Assembly (NCBI RefSeq): GCF_036746095.1
Contig: NZ_DAIOEU010000016.1
Coordinates: forward strand, 3,707 to 67,706
Direction of reading: 5' to 3'
DNA length: 64,000 nt
Source of the DNA: Dyella sp.
GTDB lineage: Bacteria; Pseudomonadota; Gammaproteobacteria; Xanthomonadales; Rhodanobacteraceae
Shown: piece after piece, positions 27,739 to 37,175 of the stretch
Numbering within the stretch: position 1 is the stretch's first letter
Layout: the number at the start of each line of letters is the position of its first letter
Notes under the pieces: generated by a model
What the model saw: the letters and a program-made list of their open reading frames with translations, nothing else
What the model was told of the DNA's origin: nothing
Database searches by the model: none
Translations under genes and position numbers: made by a program

Positions 27739-27924
27739 AGTTGCAGACCATACCAATGCGTAACCACTGCGACAACTGGTCTTTGCATGCCCCATCGTCC
27801 GGCGCAGCCGGTGCGGGATCGCGGCGGCCGGGCGAGCAGTTGTGCCGATTTTTACGATTTCCGGCGGCCCGCTTACGATTCCCGCCGTTATGAAAAGAAT
27901 GCATACGTTTGCACTGCACAAGGG

Positions 27925-27956
27925 ACTGGTATTGCCTGGTATAGCATTGGTACCAT
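27925..27956. promoter_or_regulatory. candidate GntR/HutC operator repeats upstream of zwf
   Basis: 'actggtattgcctggtatagcattggtaccat' contains three 'TGGTA' half-sites, including the perfect palindrome 'tggtacca'. A related 'gcattggtatggtct' lies on the opposite strand at 27745-27759, next to the gntR start. Confidence 0.3.
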
Positions 27957-28012
27957 CGGCCTTTCCCCGGCGGTCGCACTGTCGCGGCTGCCCGCATTCG
28001 ATGAGGTGAGTT

Positions 28013-29503
28013 GTGACTGCACCTGCCCTACCGGTCGAGCTGTTCGACCTGGTGATTTTCGGCGGCACCGGCGACCTGGCCGTCCGCAAATTGCTCCCTG
28101 CCCTGTTCCACCGCTTTGTCGACGGCCAGATCCAGCCCGGCAGCCGCATCGTCGGCGTCGCCCGCGAAGGCCTGGACGATGACGGCTACCGTGCCCAGGT
28201 TCGTGGTGCGCTCAATGGGGCCGCTTCCAAGCAGGCCGACAAGGTCGACGCCTTCCTCAAGCTGGTGCATTACCGCCCGCTCGATGCCCGCAAAGATGCC
28301 GGTTGGGACGACTTCGCCAGGCTGATGGGCGAGTGCCCCGACCACGTGCGCGTGTTCTATCTGTCCACCTCGCCGGAACTGTTCGTGGACATCTGCCAGC
28401 GCCTGGGCGGCTATGGCCTCAACCAGGGCCAGTCGCGCGTGGTGCTGGAAAAGCCGATCGGCCACGACCTGGCCAGCGCCAACCGCATCAATGACGACGT
28501 CGGCCAGGTGTTCGCCGAATCGCAGACCTATCGCATCGACCATTACCTCGGCAAGGAAACGGTACAGAACCTGCTGGCGCTGCGGTTCGGCAATGCGCTG
28601 TTCGAGCCGCTGTGGAACGCCGGCCATATCGACCACGTGCAGATCACCGTGGCCGAAACGCTCGGTGTCGGCCGCCGCGGCCCGTACTACGACCACGCCG
28701 GCGCGCTGCGCGACATGGTGCAGAACCACATGCTGCAGCTGCTGTGCATGGTGGCGATGGAACCGCCCGCCTCACTGTCGCCCGACGCGGTACGTGACGA
28801 AAAACTGAAAGTGCTGCACTCGCTCAAGCCGATCAACGAAAGCAACGCCGCGCAGCTCACCGTGCGCGGCCAGTACCGCGCTGGTGCGGCCGAAGGGCAG
28901 AGCGTACCGGGCTACATGGAAGACCTGAACGCCGACGCCAAGTCGAAGGTGGAAAAATCGAACACCGAAACCTTCGTCGCGCTCAAGGCGGAAATCGCCA
29001 ACTGGCGCTGGTCCGGCGTGCCGTTCTACTTGCGCACGGGCAAGCGCCTGGCCGAGCGCGTGTCGGAAATCGTGGTGGCATTCAAGCCGGTGCCGCACTC
29101 GATCTTTACGTCATCGGCCGGGCCGCTCGCCCAGAACCGCCTGGTGCTCCGCCTGCAGCCGGATGAAGGCGTGAAGCTGTGGTTGACCATCAAGCACCCC
29201 GGTCCCGGTGGCTTGCGCCTGCGCCACGTACCGCTGGACATGAGCTTCGCCGAAGCCTTCGGCGTGCAGCAGCCCGATGCGTACGAGCGCCTGCTGCTCG
29301 ACGTGGTGCGCGGCAACCCCACCCTGTTCATGCGCCGCGATGAAGTGGAAGCCGCATGGAACTGGGCCGGTCCGATCCTGGCCGCATGGGCCGCGGGCGG
29401 CGAGTCGCCGCGTCCGTACACCTCCGGTACCTGGGGCCCGAGCGCGGCGGTCGCCCTGATCGAACGCGATGGCCGCACCTGGGACGAGGATTTCGAGCAG
29501 TGA
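28013..29503 (+). CDS. zwf: glucose-6-phosphate 1-dehydrogenase
   Basis: 'LVIFGGTGDLAVRKLLPAL', 'RIDHYLGKETVQNLLALRFGN' and 'DMVQNHMLQLL' are canonical Zwf motifs. Confidence 0.95.
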   Translation: MTAPALPVELFDLVIFGGTGDLAVRKLLPALFHRFVDGQIQPGSRIVGVAREGLDDDGYRAQVRGALNGAASKQADKVDAFLKLVHYRPLDARKDAGWDDFARLMGECPDHVRVFYLSTSPELFVDICQRLGGYGLNQGQSRVVLEKPIGHDLASANRINDDVGQVFAESQTYRIDHYLGKETVQNLLALRFGNALFEPLWNAGHIDHVQITVAETLGVGRRGPYYDHAGALRDMVQNHMLQLLCMVAMEPPASLSPDAVRDEKLKVLHSLKPINESNAAQLTVRGQYRAGAAEGQSVPGYMEDLNADAKSKVEKSNTETFVALKAEIANWRWSGVPFYLRTGKRLAERVSEIVVAFKPVPHSIFTSSAGPLAQNRLVLRLQPDEGVKLWLTIKHPGPGGLRLRHVPLDMSFAEAFGVQQPDAYERLLLDVVRGNPTLFMRRDEVEAAWNWAGPILAAWAAGGESPRPYTSGTWGPSAAVALIERDGRTWDEDFEQ

Positions 29504-30192
29504 GCGAGCAACCTCTGCACGCGTTCGACGAGGCTCAAGCGCTGGCCACGGCGCTGTCGGCCAGCATCGCAGGCAAGCTGCGCGAAGCGATCGACGCGCG
29601 CGGCGAAGCCGTCATCGCCGTCTCCGGCGGCAGCACGCCCAAGCGCCTGTTCGACGCGTTGTCGAACGAAGCATTGGATTGGTCGCGCGTCACCGTCACC
29701 TTGGTCGACGAACGTTGGGTGCCCGACACCGACGAGCGCTCCAACGCGCGCCTGGTGGAGTCGTTGTTGCTGCAACGGAAAGCCGCGGATGCCGAATTCG
29801 TACCGTTGTACGTGGAGGCTGCCACGCCGGAAGCCGGCATTGGCGAAGTGCGCGCCACCGTGGCCGCCTTGAAGCAGCCATTCGACGTGATCGTGCTGGG
29901 CATGGGGCCGGATGGACACACCGCCTCGTTTTTCCCCGGCGGCGACCGCTTGAGCGAAGCCCTCGATCCATCGAACACCGCCCTGGTGCTGCCGATGCGC
30001 GCTCCGGGCGCGGGCGAGCCGCGCATCACGTTCACCTTGCCGGTGCTGCTGAAGGCGCGCACGTTGTATCTGCATATTCAAGGCAGCGACAAGCGCGAGG
30101 TGCTGGCGGAGGCTGAAAAGCCGGGCAGCAGGCTGCCGATCGCCAGCGTGCTGGGTGCTGGTCGGCCGTTGGAAATCTATTGGTGTCCGTAA
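29500..30192 (+). CDS. pgl: 6-phosphogluconolactonase
   Basis: A GTG at 29500 overlaps the zwf stop (GTGA). 'AVSGGSTPKRLFDAL...WSRVTVTLVDERWV...LGMGPDGHTASFFPG'. Confidence 0.9.
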   Translation: MSEQPLHAFDEAQALATALSASIAGKLREAIDARGEAVIAVSGGSTPKRLFDALSNEALDWSRVTVTLVDERWVPDTDERSNARLVESLLLQRKAADAEFVPLYVEAATPEAGIGEVRATVAALKQPFDVIVLGMGPDGHTASFFPGGDRLSEALDPSNTALVLPMRAPGAGEPRITFTLPVLLKARTLYLHIQGSDKREVLAEAEKPGSRLPIASVLGAGRPLEIYWCP

Positions 30193-30197
30193 ACGTC

Positions 30198-30320
30198 GCT
30201 CGTCATTCCGGCGAAGGCCGGAATCCAGTCAAGTACACCGTGCGAAGCACACGCTATTTGGCTTTGAGTGCTTCGCACGTCGTATTCAAACTGGATTCCG
30301 GCCTTCGCCGGAATGACGGC
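30198..30320. repeat. nested-palindrome MITE/REP-like element (about 120 bp) between pgl and edd
   Basis: The outer arms 'cgtcattccggcgaaggccggaatccag' (30201-30228) and 'ctggattccggccttcgccggaatgacg' (30291-30318) flank an inner palindrome 'cgtgcgaagcac...gtgcttcgcacg'. A twin with the same architecture lies at 52079..52197. Confidence 0.85.
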
Positions 30321-30380
30321 AACGCAAGACCAGGCATTTAAGAACGCATCAACGCCGAGCCCGCTCGGCCGGAGCATGAA

Positions 30381-32192
30381 ATGAGTTTGCACCCCGTCGT
30401 CGCCCAAGTTACCGAGCGCCTGCGCGAACGCAGCCACGCCTCGCGCGCTGCCTATCTCGAACGCATCAACAAGGCCGTCATCGACGGGCCGCACCGCGCA
30501 CGGCTCTCTTGCGGCAACCTCGCCCATGGCTTCGCCGCCTGCAATACGCACGACAAAGCGGCCCTACGCGAAGGCCACACGCCGAACCTCGCCATCGTTA
30601 CGGCGTACAACGACATGCTGTCCGCGCATCAGCCGTACGAGCGCTACCCGGAATTCATCCGCGAGGTCGCGCGCCAATCCGGCGTTACCGCGCAGGTGGC
30701 CGGGGGCGTGCCGGCGATGTGCGATGGCGTAACGCAAGGCCGTGCCGGCATGGAGCTGTCGCTGTTTTCGCGCGACCTGATTGCCATGACCACTGCCATC
30801 GCGCTCTCGCACGACATGTTCGACGGCGCGCTGTACTTGGGTATCTGCGACAAGATCGTGCCTGGTCTATTGATCGGCGCGCTGAGCTTCGGCCATCTGC
30901 CCGGCGTGTTCGTGCCCAGCGGCCCGATGCCCAGCGGCATCAGCAACGATGAGAAATCCAAAGTGCGCCAGGCGTACACGGAAGGCAAGGCCAGTCGCGA
31001 CGAACTGCTGGAAGCGGAAGCGGCGTCGTATCACGCACCCGGCACCTGCACCTTCTACGGCACCGCCAATTCCAACCAGATGTTGATGGAGATCATGGGC
31101 CTGCATTTGCCCGGTTCCAGCTTCGTCGCGCCCGATACGTTGCTGCGCGATGCGCTCACCGCCGAAGCGGTACGCCGTTGCGCGGCGCTGGGCAAGGCGG
31201 GCGAGCATCTGCCGATCGGCCATATCGTCGACGAGCGAGCCATCGTCAACGGCGTGATCGGCCTGCATGCGACGGGCGGTTCCACCAATCACCTGCTGCA
31301 CCTGGTGGCAATCGCGCAGGCGGCGGGTATTGCGTTGCGCTGGGAAGACTTCGACGCGCTGTCGTCAGTGGTGCCATTGCTGGCGCGCGTGTATCCGAAC
31401 GGCTATGCCGACGTGAATCATTTCCACGACGCCGGCGGCATGGGGTTCCTGATCGACCAGTTGCTGGGCGCCGGCCTGTTGCATGGTGACGCACGCACGA
31501 TCATGGGCACCGAGCTTTCCAGCTATGCGCAGCTGCCGGAGCTGGACGAAGCCGGCAAGCTCAACTGGAAACCGGTCTCCAAGGAAAGCGGCAATCGGGG
31601 CGTGCTGCGTGCATCCAGCGAACCGTTCCGCGCGGACGGCGGTCTGCGCATGCTCAACGGCAACCTTGGCCGCTCGGTGATCAAGGTGTCTTCGGTGCCG
31701 GATGATCGCCTGGTGATCGAAGCCCCGGCCGTCGTCTTCCACGACCAGGACGACATCAAGCGTGCGTTCGACCGTGGCGAGCTCAACCGTGATTTCATCG
31801 CCGTGGTGCGTTTCCAGGGACCGCGCGCGATCGGCATGCCGGAACTGCACAAGCTCACGCCCACGCTGGCGGTATTGCAGGATCGCGGCCATCGCATCGC
31901 ATTGGTGACGGATGGCCGCATGTCCGGTGCGAGTGGCCGCGTGCCGGCGGCGATCCACGTGACGCCGGAAGCCGACGATGGCGGCCCGATCGCGAGGGTG
32001 CAGGATGGTGACGTGATTCGACTGGACGCCATGAAAGGCACGCTCGACGTGCTGGTTGACGCCGCCGAATTCGCGGCACGCGCACCCGCGGTGGAAGATC
32101 TTTCGCGGCACCAGCACGGCATGGGACGCGAATTGTTCGGCATTTTCCGTCGCAATGCAGTCGCTGCCGATCTTGGCGCAGGCGTGCTTTGA
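30381..32192 (+). CDS. edd: phosphogluconate dehydratase (Entner-Doudoroff)
   Basis: '[18 protein letters not shown]...' with ILVD/EDD family motifs '[15 protein letters not shown]' and '[13 protein letters not shown]'. Confidence 0.95.
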   Translation: MSLHPVVAQVTERLRERSHASRAAYLERINKAVIDGPHRARLSCGNLAHGFAACNTHDKAALREGHTPNLAIVTAYNDMLSAHQPYERYPEFIREVARQSGVTAQVAGGVPAMCDGVTQGRAGMELSLFSRDLIAMTTAIALSHDMFDGALYLGICDKIVPGLLIGALSFGHLPGVFVPSGPMPSGISNDEKSKVRQAYTEGKASRDELLEAEAASYHAPGTCTFYGTANSNQMLMEIMGLHLPGSSFVAPDTLLRDALTAEAVRRCAALGKAGEHLPIGHIVDERAIVNGVIGLHATGGSTNHLLHLVAIAQAAGIALRWEDFDALSSVVPLLARVYPNGYADVNHFHDAGGMGFLIDQLLGAGLLHGDARTIMGTELSSYAQLPELDEAGKLNWKPVSKESGNRGVLRASSEPFRADGGLRMLNGNLGRSVIKVSSVPDDRLVIEAPAVVFHDQDDIKRAFDRGELNRDFIAVVRFQGPRAIGMPELHKLTPTLAVLQDRGHRIALVTDGRMSGASGRVPAAIHVTPEADDGGPIARVQDGDVIRLDAMKGTLDVLVDAAEFAARAPAVEDLSRHQHGMGRELFGIFRRNAVAADLGAGVL

Positions 32193-32216
32193 ACATCGCA
32201 CCATCCCCATGCGGTC

Positions 32217-32293
32217 GTCATTCCCGCGAAAGCGGGAATCCATTGTCGCTTTTGCCCCAGGTCTACATGGATTCCCGCTTTCGCGGGAATGAC
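32217..32293. repeat. inverted pair of REP units between edd and eda
   Basis: 'gtcattcccgcgaaagcgggaatccat' (32217-32243) and 'atggattcccgctttcgcgggaatgac' (32267-32293). Confidence 0.85.
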
Positions 32294-32319
32294 GGCCATA
32301 AGGCGTATTTGGATCATCT

Positions 32320-32964
32320 ATGAACATCGAAACCAAGCAACAACACGTCGAAACCACCATGCGCCTGGCGCCGGTCATTCCCGTGGTGATCATCGAAGAC
32401 GCCAAGCACGCCGTGCCGATGGCGCGTGCGCTGGTGGCCGGCGGCATTCCGGCGATCGAGGTGACGCTGCGCACGCCGGCTGCGCTCGATGCCATCCGCG
32501 CCATTGCCGCGGAAGTGGAAGGTGCGGTGGTCGGTGTCGGCACCGTGCTCACCGCGAACGATCTGCATGCGGCGGAAAAGGCCGGCGCGCGCTTCGCCGT
32601 GTCGCCCGGCATGTCGCCCAGGCTGCTTGCCGCCGCTGACGACAGCGCCCTGCCCTTGCTGCCTGGCATCGCCACCGCCAGCGAGGCGATGGCGCTGTTG
32701 GAGCGTGGCTATCGGCATTTGAAGTTCTTCCCCGCCGTTCCGGCTGGCGGTGCAAAGCTGCTCGGCGCATGGGCGAGTCCGCTGCCGCAGATCCGCTTCT
32801 GTCCCACCGGTGGTATTTCCCTCGGCGGCGCGAAGGATTTTCTCTCGCTGCCCAATGTGCTGTGCGTCGGCGGCTCGTGGCTTACGCCGGGTGACAAACT
32901 GAAGGCGGGCGACTGGGCCGGTATCGAACAATTGGCGCGCGAAGCCGCGGCGCTGCACGGCTGA
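32320..32964 (+). CDS. eda: KDPG / KHG aldolase
   Basis: '[35 protein letters not shown]' and 'KFFPA...GG...L...P.IRFCPTGG' are typical Eda features. Confidence 0.95.
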   Translation: MNIETKQQHVETTMRLAPVIPVVIIEDAKHAVPMARALVAGGIPAIEVTLRTPAALDAIRAIAAEVEGAVVGVGTVLTANDLHAAEKAGARFAVSPGMSPRLLAAADDSALPLLPGIATASEAMALLERGYRHLKFFPAVPAGGAKLLGAWASPLPQIRFCPTGGISLGGAKDFLSLPNVLCVGGSWLTPGDKLKAGDWAGIEQLAREAAALHG

Positions 32965-33323
32965 TCATCGCCCCTGGGTATAGAAGCAAGCGGCAGTGCA
33001 TATCGCCGCTTGATCATGCCCGTCGCACGAGCCGGCGATAAAATCGCGCTGTGTCGAGGTTCCACGCCGGCGTTTGCCTGGATGTTCCGGCCTCGCTCGC
33101 AGGCGAACGCATGCACGGCTTCTCACAACGGTCGCCCGATGCCTGCCGCTACGGCAGCGCCGATACGCTGCGGCATCCTTTCCCCCACGTGCCGAAAGTG
33201 GGCCCGGCGCGCTATCGGGCGCGCTTCGCGCAGGCAGCACAGTGACTTTTGGCGTATGAAACTCGTTACCGTTGCTGCCTAAGCTGGGAATCTCCGCGCG
33301 AATGCGCCGTATGAAGGATTCCC

Positions 33324-34904
33324 ATGCGCAAGCTTCCGCTCGCTTTCGCCCTGGCTGCACTGTTGCTGGGCAATGCCGCCGCAGCCGATAAAAAAGATAA
33401 AACGCCGGAAGAGCCAAAGCCGGAAGCCGCCTTGCTGCACCCACAAGCTTCTACCAGCGAGGGCAGCGTTTCCGTAGAAGGAAAACATATCGCCTACAAG
33501 GCCGTGGCCGGCACCATCGTGCTGCATGGCAAGGGCGACAAGGAAAACGAGCCCACCGTCAGTATGTTCTACGCCGCCTATTTCAAGAAAGTCGACGATG
33601 CGTCCAGGCGCCCGATCACCTTCATCTACAACGGTGGCCCGGGTTCGGCCACGGTGTGGCTGCACATGGGCGCATTCGGTCCGCGGCGCGTGGTGACCAA
33701 GGACGATAGCCATACGCCTGCGGCGCCCTATCAGCTGGTGAACAACGACTACAGCCTGCTCGATGCGTCCGACCTGGTTTTCATCGATGCGCCCGGCGCC
33801 GGTTTCAGCCGCCTGATCGCCAACGATCCGGATGCCTCCAAGCGCGCGGACCAGATGAAGGATCGCCGCAAGGAGATCTACAGCGTCGACGGGGACGGCC
33901 GCGCCTTCGCGCAATTCATCGTGCAGTTCCTGTCGCGCTACGGACGCTGGAACTCGCCGAAGTACCTGTTCGGCGAAAGCTACGGCACCACGCGCTCGGC
34001 TGTGCTTGCCAATGACCTGGAAAACGAAAACAGTGTCGACCTCAATGGCGTGATCCTGCTTTCGCAGATCCTCAATTTCGATACCAGCATCGATGGACCT
34101 GACCAGAATCCGGGCGTCGATCTGCCCTACGAATTGGCGCTGCCAACCTTTGCCGCTACCGCGTACTACCACCACAAACTGCCACAGCAGCCGGCTGCGC
34201 TGGAGCCGTTCCTGCAAGAGGTAGAGCAGTTTGCGCTGGGCGACTACGCGCAGGCGTTGATGCAGGGTTCGCGCCTGGATGATGCACGCAAGCAGGCCAT
34301 GGCGGAGAAGCTGCATCAATACACCGGCCTTCCCGTGGCCTATCTGCTGAAAGCCGATCTACGCGTCACCGGCGGCATGTTCGAGCATGAATTGCTGGCC
34401 GACAATGCCGACACCACCGGTCGCCTGGATTCGCGTTTTGCCGGTCCGTCGCTCGATCCGCTCAGCAAGGAAGCCCAATACGATCCGCAATCGTCCGCGA
34501 TCAGCGCTGCCTACATCGCGGCGTTCAACGACTACGTGCGCAAGGACCTCAAGTTCGGCCAGGACCAGGTCTATCGCGAATTTGCCGACGTCAACGATTG
34601 GGACTTCAAGCACGACGGACACGATGGCGCCGTCAATGTGATGCCGGACCTGGCCAAGGCGATGAAAACCAACCCGGACCTGAAAGTGTTCCTCAACGGC
34701 GGCTACTACGATCTGGCCACACCGTTCTATGCCGCCGATTACGAGATGCACCATATGCCGATCCAGCCGGCGCTGATGAACAACATCAGTTACGCGTGGT
34801 ATCCGTCCGGGCACATGGTGTATGCGCACGAGGCGTCATTGAAGTTGCTGCACGATAACGTGGCGCGATTTATCGAGCAGACAGATAACGTCAAGGGTCA
34901 TTGA
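33324..34904 (+). CDS. serine carboxypeptidase, peptidase S10 family, secreted
   Basis: Signal 'MRKLPLAFALAALLLGNAAAA'. 'NGGPGSATVWLHMGAFGP' and the catalytic-Ser motif 'LFGESYGTTR'. Confidence 0.85.
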   Translation: MRKLPLAFALAALLLGNAAAADKKDKTPEEPKPEAALLHPQASTSEGSVSVEGKHIAYKAVAGTIVLHGKGDKENEPTVSMFYAAYFKKVDDASRRPITFIYNGGPGSATVWLHMGAFGPRRVVTKDDSHTPAAPYQLVNNDYSLLDASDLVFIDAPGAGFSRLIANDPDASKRADQMKDRRKEIYSVDGDGRAFAQFIVQFLSRYGRWNSPKYLFGESYGTTRSAVLANDLENENSVDLNGVILLSQILNFDTSIDGPDQNPGVDLPYELALPTFAATAYYHHKLPQQPAALEPFLQEVEQFALGDYAQALMQGSRLDDARKQAMAEKLHQYTGLPVAYLLKADLRVTGGMFEHELLADNADTTGRLDSRFAGPSLDPLSKEAQYDPQSSAISAAYIAAFNDYVRKDLKFGQDQVYREFADVNDWDFKHDGHDGAVNVMPDLAKAMKTNPDLKVFLNGGYYDLATPFYAADYEMHHMPIQPALMNNISYAWYPSGHMVYAHEASLKLLHDNVARFIEQTDNVKGH

Positions 34905-34937
34905 CGTATACGCCGGAGTTGATGCTACCTATGGACC

Positions 34938-35014
34938 GTCATTCCCGCGAAAGCGGGAATCCATTTTCAAGGGTGCATCAGAGCAAAATGGATTCCCGCT
35001 TTCGCGGGAATGAC
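34938..35014. repeat. inverted pair of REP units after the S10 peptidase gene
   Basis: 'gtcattcccgcgaaagcgggaatccatttt' (34938-34967) and 'aaaatggattcccgctttcgcgggaatgac' (34985-35014). Confidence 0.85.
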
Positions 35015-35067
35015 GGCCGCAACGAAATGCATGCTTTCATGGCCTTCTCGATTGCCAGTCGCCGACA

Positions 35068-35589
35068 TCACGCAACAACTTCATACTCGCTCTGAACCAA
35101 GCCACTGATATATGAGCGCGTTGCAACGTGCTTGAGCCGAATGTCCCGTTCGACCGCACCAAACAACGGAATGCCTGTGCCAATGAGCACCGGTACTCGC
35201 GTAACAATAAGTCTTTGAATCATCCCGGCGCGCAGAAACCGCTGGATCGTCACACCGCCATCGACATAAATGTGGCCGATACCCTGGGCGCTGAGGTTCG
35301 CGACAATGTCATTGGGCTCACCGGCCATGTGCTGCACGATGGCTCCGGCTGGTGCAGGCGTAAGCTCGCGCGAGCTCAATACGCAAACGGGTTTCTCGCC
35401 ATAGAACCATCCCCCGAAGCCCAGCACGGTTTCATAGGTGTTGCGCCCGATCACCAAGGCGTCCACCGTGCGCATGAATTCGTCGTAGCCGTGCGGCTCA
35501 CCGCCGCCCTCCGGCAGAAAATCCAGGCTGCCATCGAGCCTGGCCATGAAACCGTCGACGCTGATGCCGACGAACACCGATGCCTTCAT
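35068..35589 (-). CDS. dihydrofolate reductase family protein (RibD C-terminal domain type)
   Basis: The start at 35589 gives 'MKASVFVGISVDGFMARLDGSLDFL...DALVIGRNTYE...IYVDGGVTIQRFL'. Confidence 0.8.
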   Translation of the reverse strand: MKASVFVGISVDGFMARLDGSLDFLPEGGGEPHGYDEFMRTVDALVIGRNTYETVLGFGGWFYGEKPVCVLSSRELTPAPAGAIVQHMAGEPNDIVANLSAQGIGHIYVDGGVTIQRFLRAGMIQRLIVTRVPVLIGTGIPLFGAVERDIRLKHVATRSYISGLVQSEYEVVA

Positions 35590-35696
35590 CGCGACGCCTC
35601 CGATGATGCCTCGCGGCCAGGACATCATCTTACGCCCGTTACTGCACCGGTTTCCGCAACTCCGCTATGCTCGACGCCGTACCTCAGAGATATGTC

Positions 35697-36068
35697 ATGC
35701 GCGCCCTTATCGATCGCTACATAGACGCCTACAACCGCATCGACATCAACGCCATACTCGCCACCATGCATGGCGAGGTGATCTTTGAAAGCTACACCGC
35801 CGGCGTACTCAGTGTCCGTACCGTGGGCATCCACGAGCTGCGCCACCTTGCAGAAAACTCTCGCCAATTGTTCTCCGCGAGACGTCAAACCATTACCACC
35901 TATGCCGAAGCGGCTGATATCGCCTACGCGCAAATCCACTTCCAGGGTACCTTCGCCATCGACTTGCCCAACGGCATCCGCGCAGGGCAAAGCATGGCCC
36001 TGGATGGACGCAGCGAATATCGCGAGCGCGATGGCCTGCTGATCTACGTCGCCGATTACAGCGATTGA
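35697..36068 (+). CDS. SnoaL-like / NTF2 family protein
   Basis: 'MRALIDRYIDAYNRIDINAILATMHGEVIFESY', about 123 aa. Confidence 0.65.
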   Translation: MRALIDRYIDAYNRIDINAILATMHGEVIFESYTAGVLSVRTVGIHELRHLAENSRQLFSARRQTITTYAEAADIAYAQIHFQGTFAIDLPNGIRAGQSMALDGRSEYRERDGLLIYVADYSD

Positions 36069-36115
36069 CTGCCTGGGGTAGCTATGGCGTGTCTCTTCAA
36101 CGCAAACGATTTGCC

Positions 36116-36496
36116 CTAATCCCAGCGATTGGCATTTTTTGGAAAGCCGGGACGTTGCACGCGCACCACGCAGAATCGCTGCCCGCTCGGTGCTTGCATC
36201 ACCACCCACCGTTCAAGGCGACTGACAATGCTGGCGCCGAGTTTTTCCAGGCGTCGCACTTCGGCCTCAATGTCGTCCGTTTCAATATCGATGTGCACGC
36301 GGCTTTCGTGCTCGACGCGCTGGATCTGCACGATAGGTTCGTCGGGTGGAGTGTCCAGCATGCGGTAGTTGCCGCGGGTTCCCGGATGCTCATAGTCGAC
36401 CGGACGGCCCAGCGCCTTGGCCCAGAACAGGGCAGCCTGGTCGATGTTAGGTACGTTGCAGTCGATAAGCAGGGCGCAAAGTCTTGAATGATGCAT
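36116..36496 (-). CDS. VOC (glyoxalase/bleomycin-resistance) family protein
   Basis: The start at 36496 gives 'MHHSRLCALLIDCNVPNIDQAALFWAKALG...RVHIDIETDDIEAEVRRLEKLGA'. Confidence 0.7.
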   Translation of the reverse strand: MHHSRLCALLIDCNVPNIDQAALFWAKALGRPVDYEHPGTRGNYRMLDTPPDEPIVQIQRVEHESRVHIDIETDDIEAEVRRLEKLGASIVSRLERWVVMQAPSGQRFCVVRVQRPGFPKNANRWD

Positions 36497-36573
36497 GGCC
36501 GCCAAATCGTAGGTAGGGTTGGCGCAGGGTAACCCAACATGTTCGGGGCGATCCGATAGCAACGCTGCGCTGC

Positions 36574-37017
36574 TTATGGCTCGGCAATTTCGAGCCCGTT
36601 TTCCTCGCACCAGTCACGCAGCGCCTGTCGAGTGGCTTTGTCTTCGTAGTCATTCCAGTGCTCAAGCTGCCCCTTGCGTATCAGCAAGTCCTTGAACCGG
36701 CCATAGGCGCCGCGCTTGCGGAAGAAGTCATAGACCAGCTCGTATGCATCGGGCAAATGTTGCCTGGCAAAGTGGAAAACGAGGTCCCGCCCCAGATCAA
36801 GATCGTTCTTGTGCGGTACGGGCACATAGCGATCAGGATCGTCGATGTCTTCCGGCAGATCTTCGTCCACGCCGAACTCGGCGGTGCCGGACCAATACAC
36901 CTTGCCGGTCTGCCGGGACACATAGGCCTCAGGTTCGGAACCCAGATTACCGCCGCTTACCCACGTGAGTGCGTCGAGCAGGTCGTTTAAATTGACGGGT
37001 ATGCGTTCGGTCGTCAT
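36574..37017 (-). CDS. UPF0158-like hypothetical protein
   Basis: 'NLNDLLDALTWVS...EAYVSRQTGKVYW...DDPDRYVPVP...FARQHLP...GAYGRFKDLL' resembles the UPF0158 family from memory. It marks the start of the low-GC islet. Confidence 0.6.
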   Translation of the reverse strand: MTTERIPVNLNDLLDALTWVSGGNLGSEPEAYVSRQTGKVYWSGTAEFGVDEDLPEDIDDPDRYVPVPHKNDLDLGRDLVFHFARQHLPDAYELVYDFFRKRGAYGRFKDLLIRKGQLEHWNDYEDKATRQALRDWCEENGLEIAEP

Positions 37018-37175
37018 CGTGGAAACGTATTTATTTCACATGAGCGCCGTCAATCATCATTGAATCCGGCAGTATGGGGACTGTTTGTGCCATGAGCGGC
37101 AATTCCTTGAAGAGCGGTTGGCGTTCGCGCCAACAGGTGCTGCATCTTTCCGTCACGCCCTTGTTGAGCGCGTCG

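Noticed and set aside
30177-30551. ORFs containing 'IPAFAGMT', 'VIPAKAGIQ' or 'SFPRKRESI' peptides. Others are 31523..32317, 32056..32292, 34901..35095 and 18428..18757.
   Set aside because: These peptides are translations of the palindromic REP units. The ORFs bridge intergenic repeats and the ends of real genes.
32965-33323. A possible small gene or sRNA in the 360-bp gap after eda, with ORFs of 60-159 aa on both strands.
   Set aside because: The ORFs have no RBS and non-protein-like composition. The hairpin 'aagcggc...gccgctt' at about 32988-33012 lacks a U-tract, so I did not call it a terminator either.
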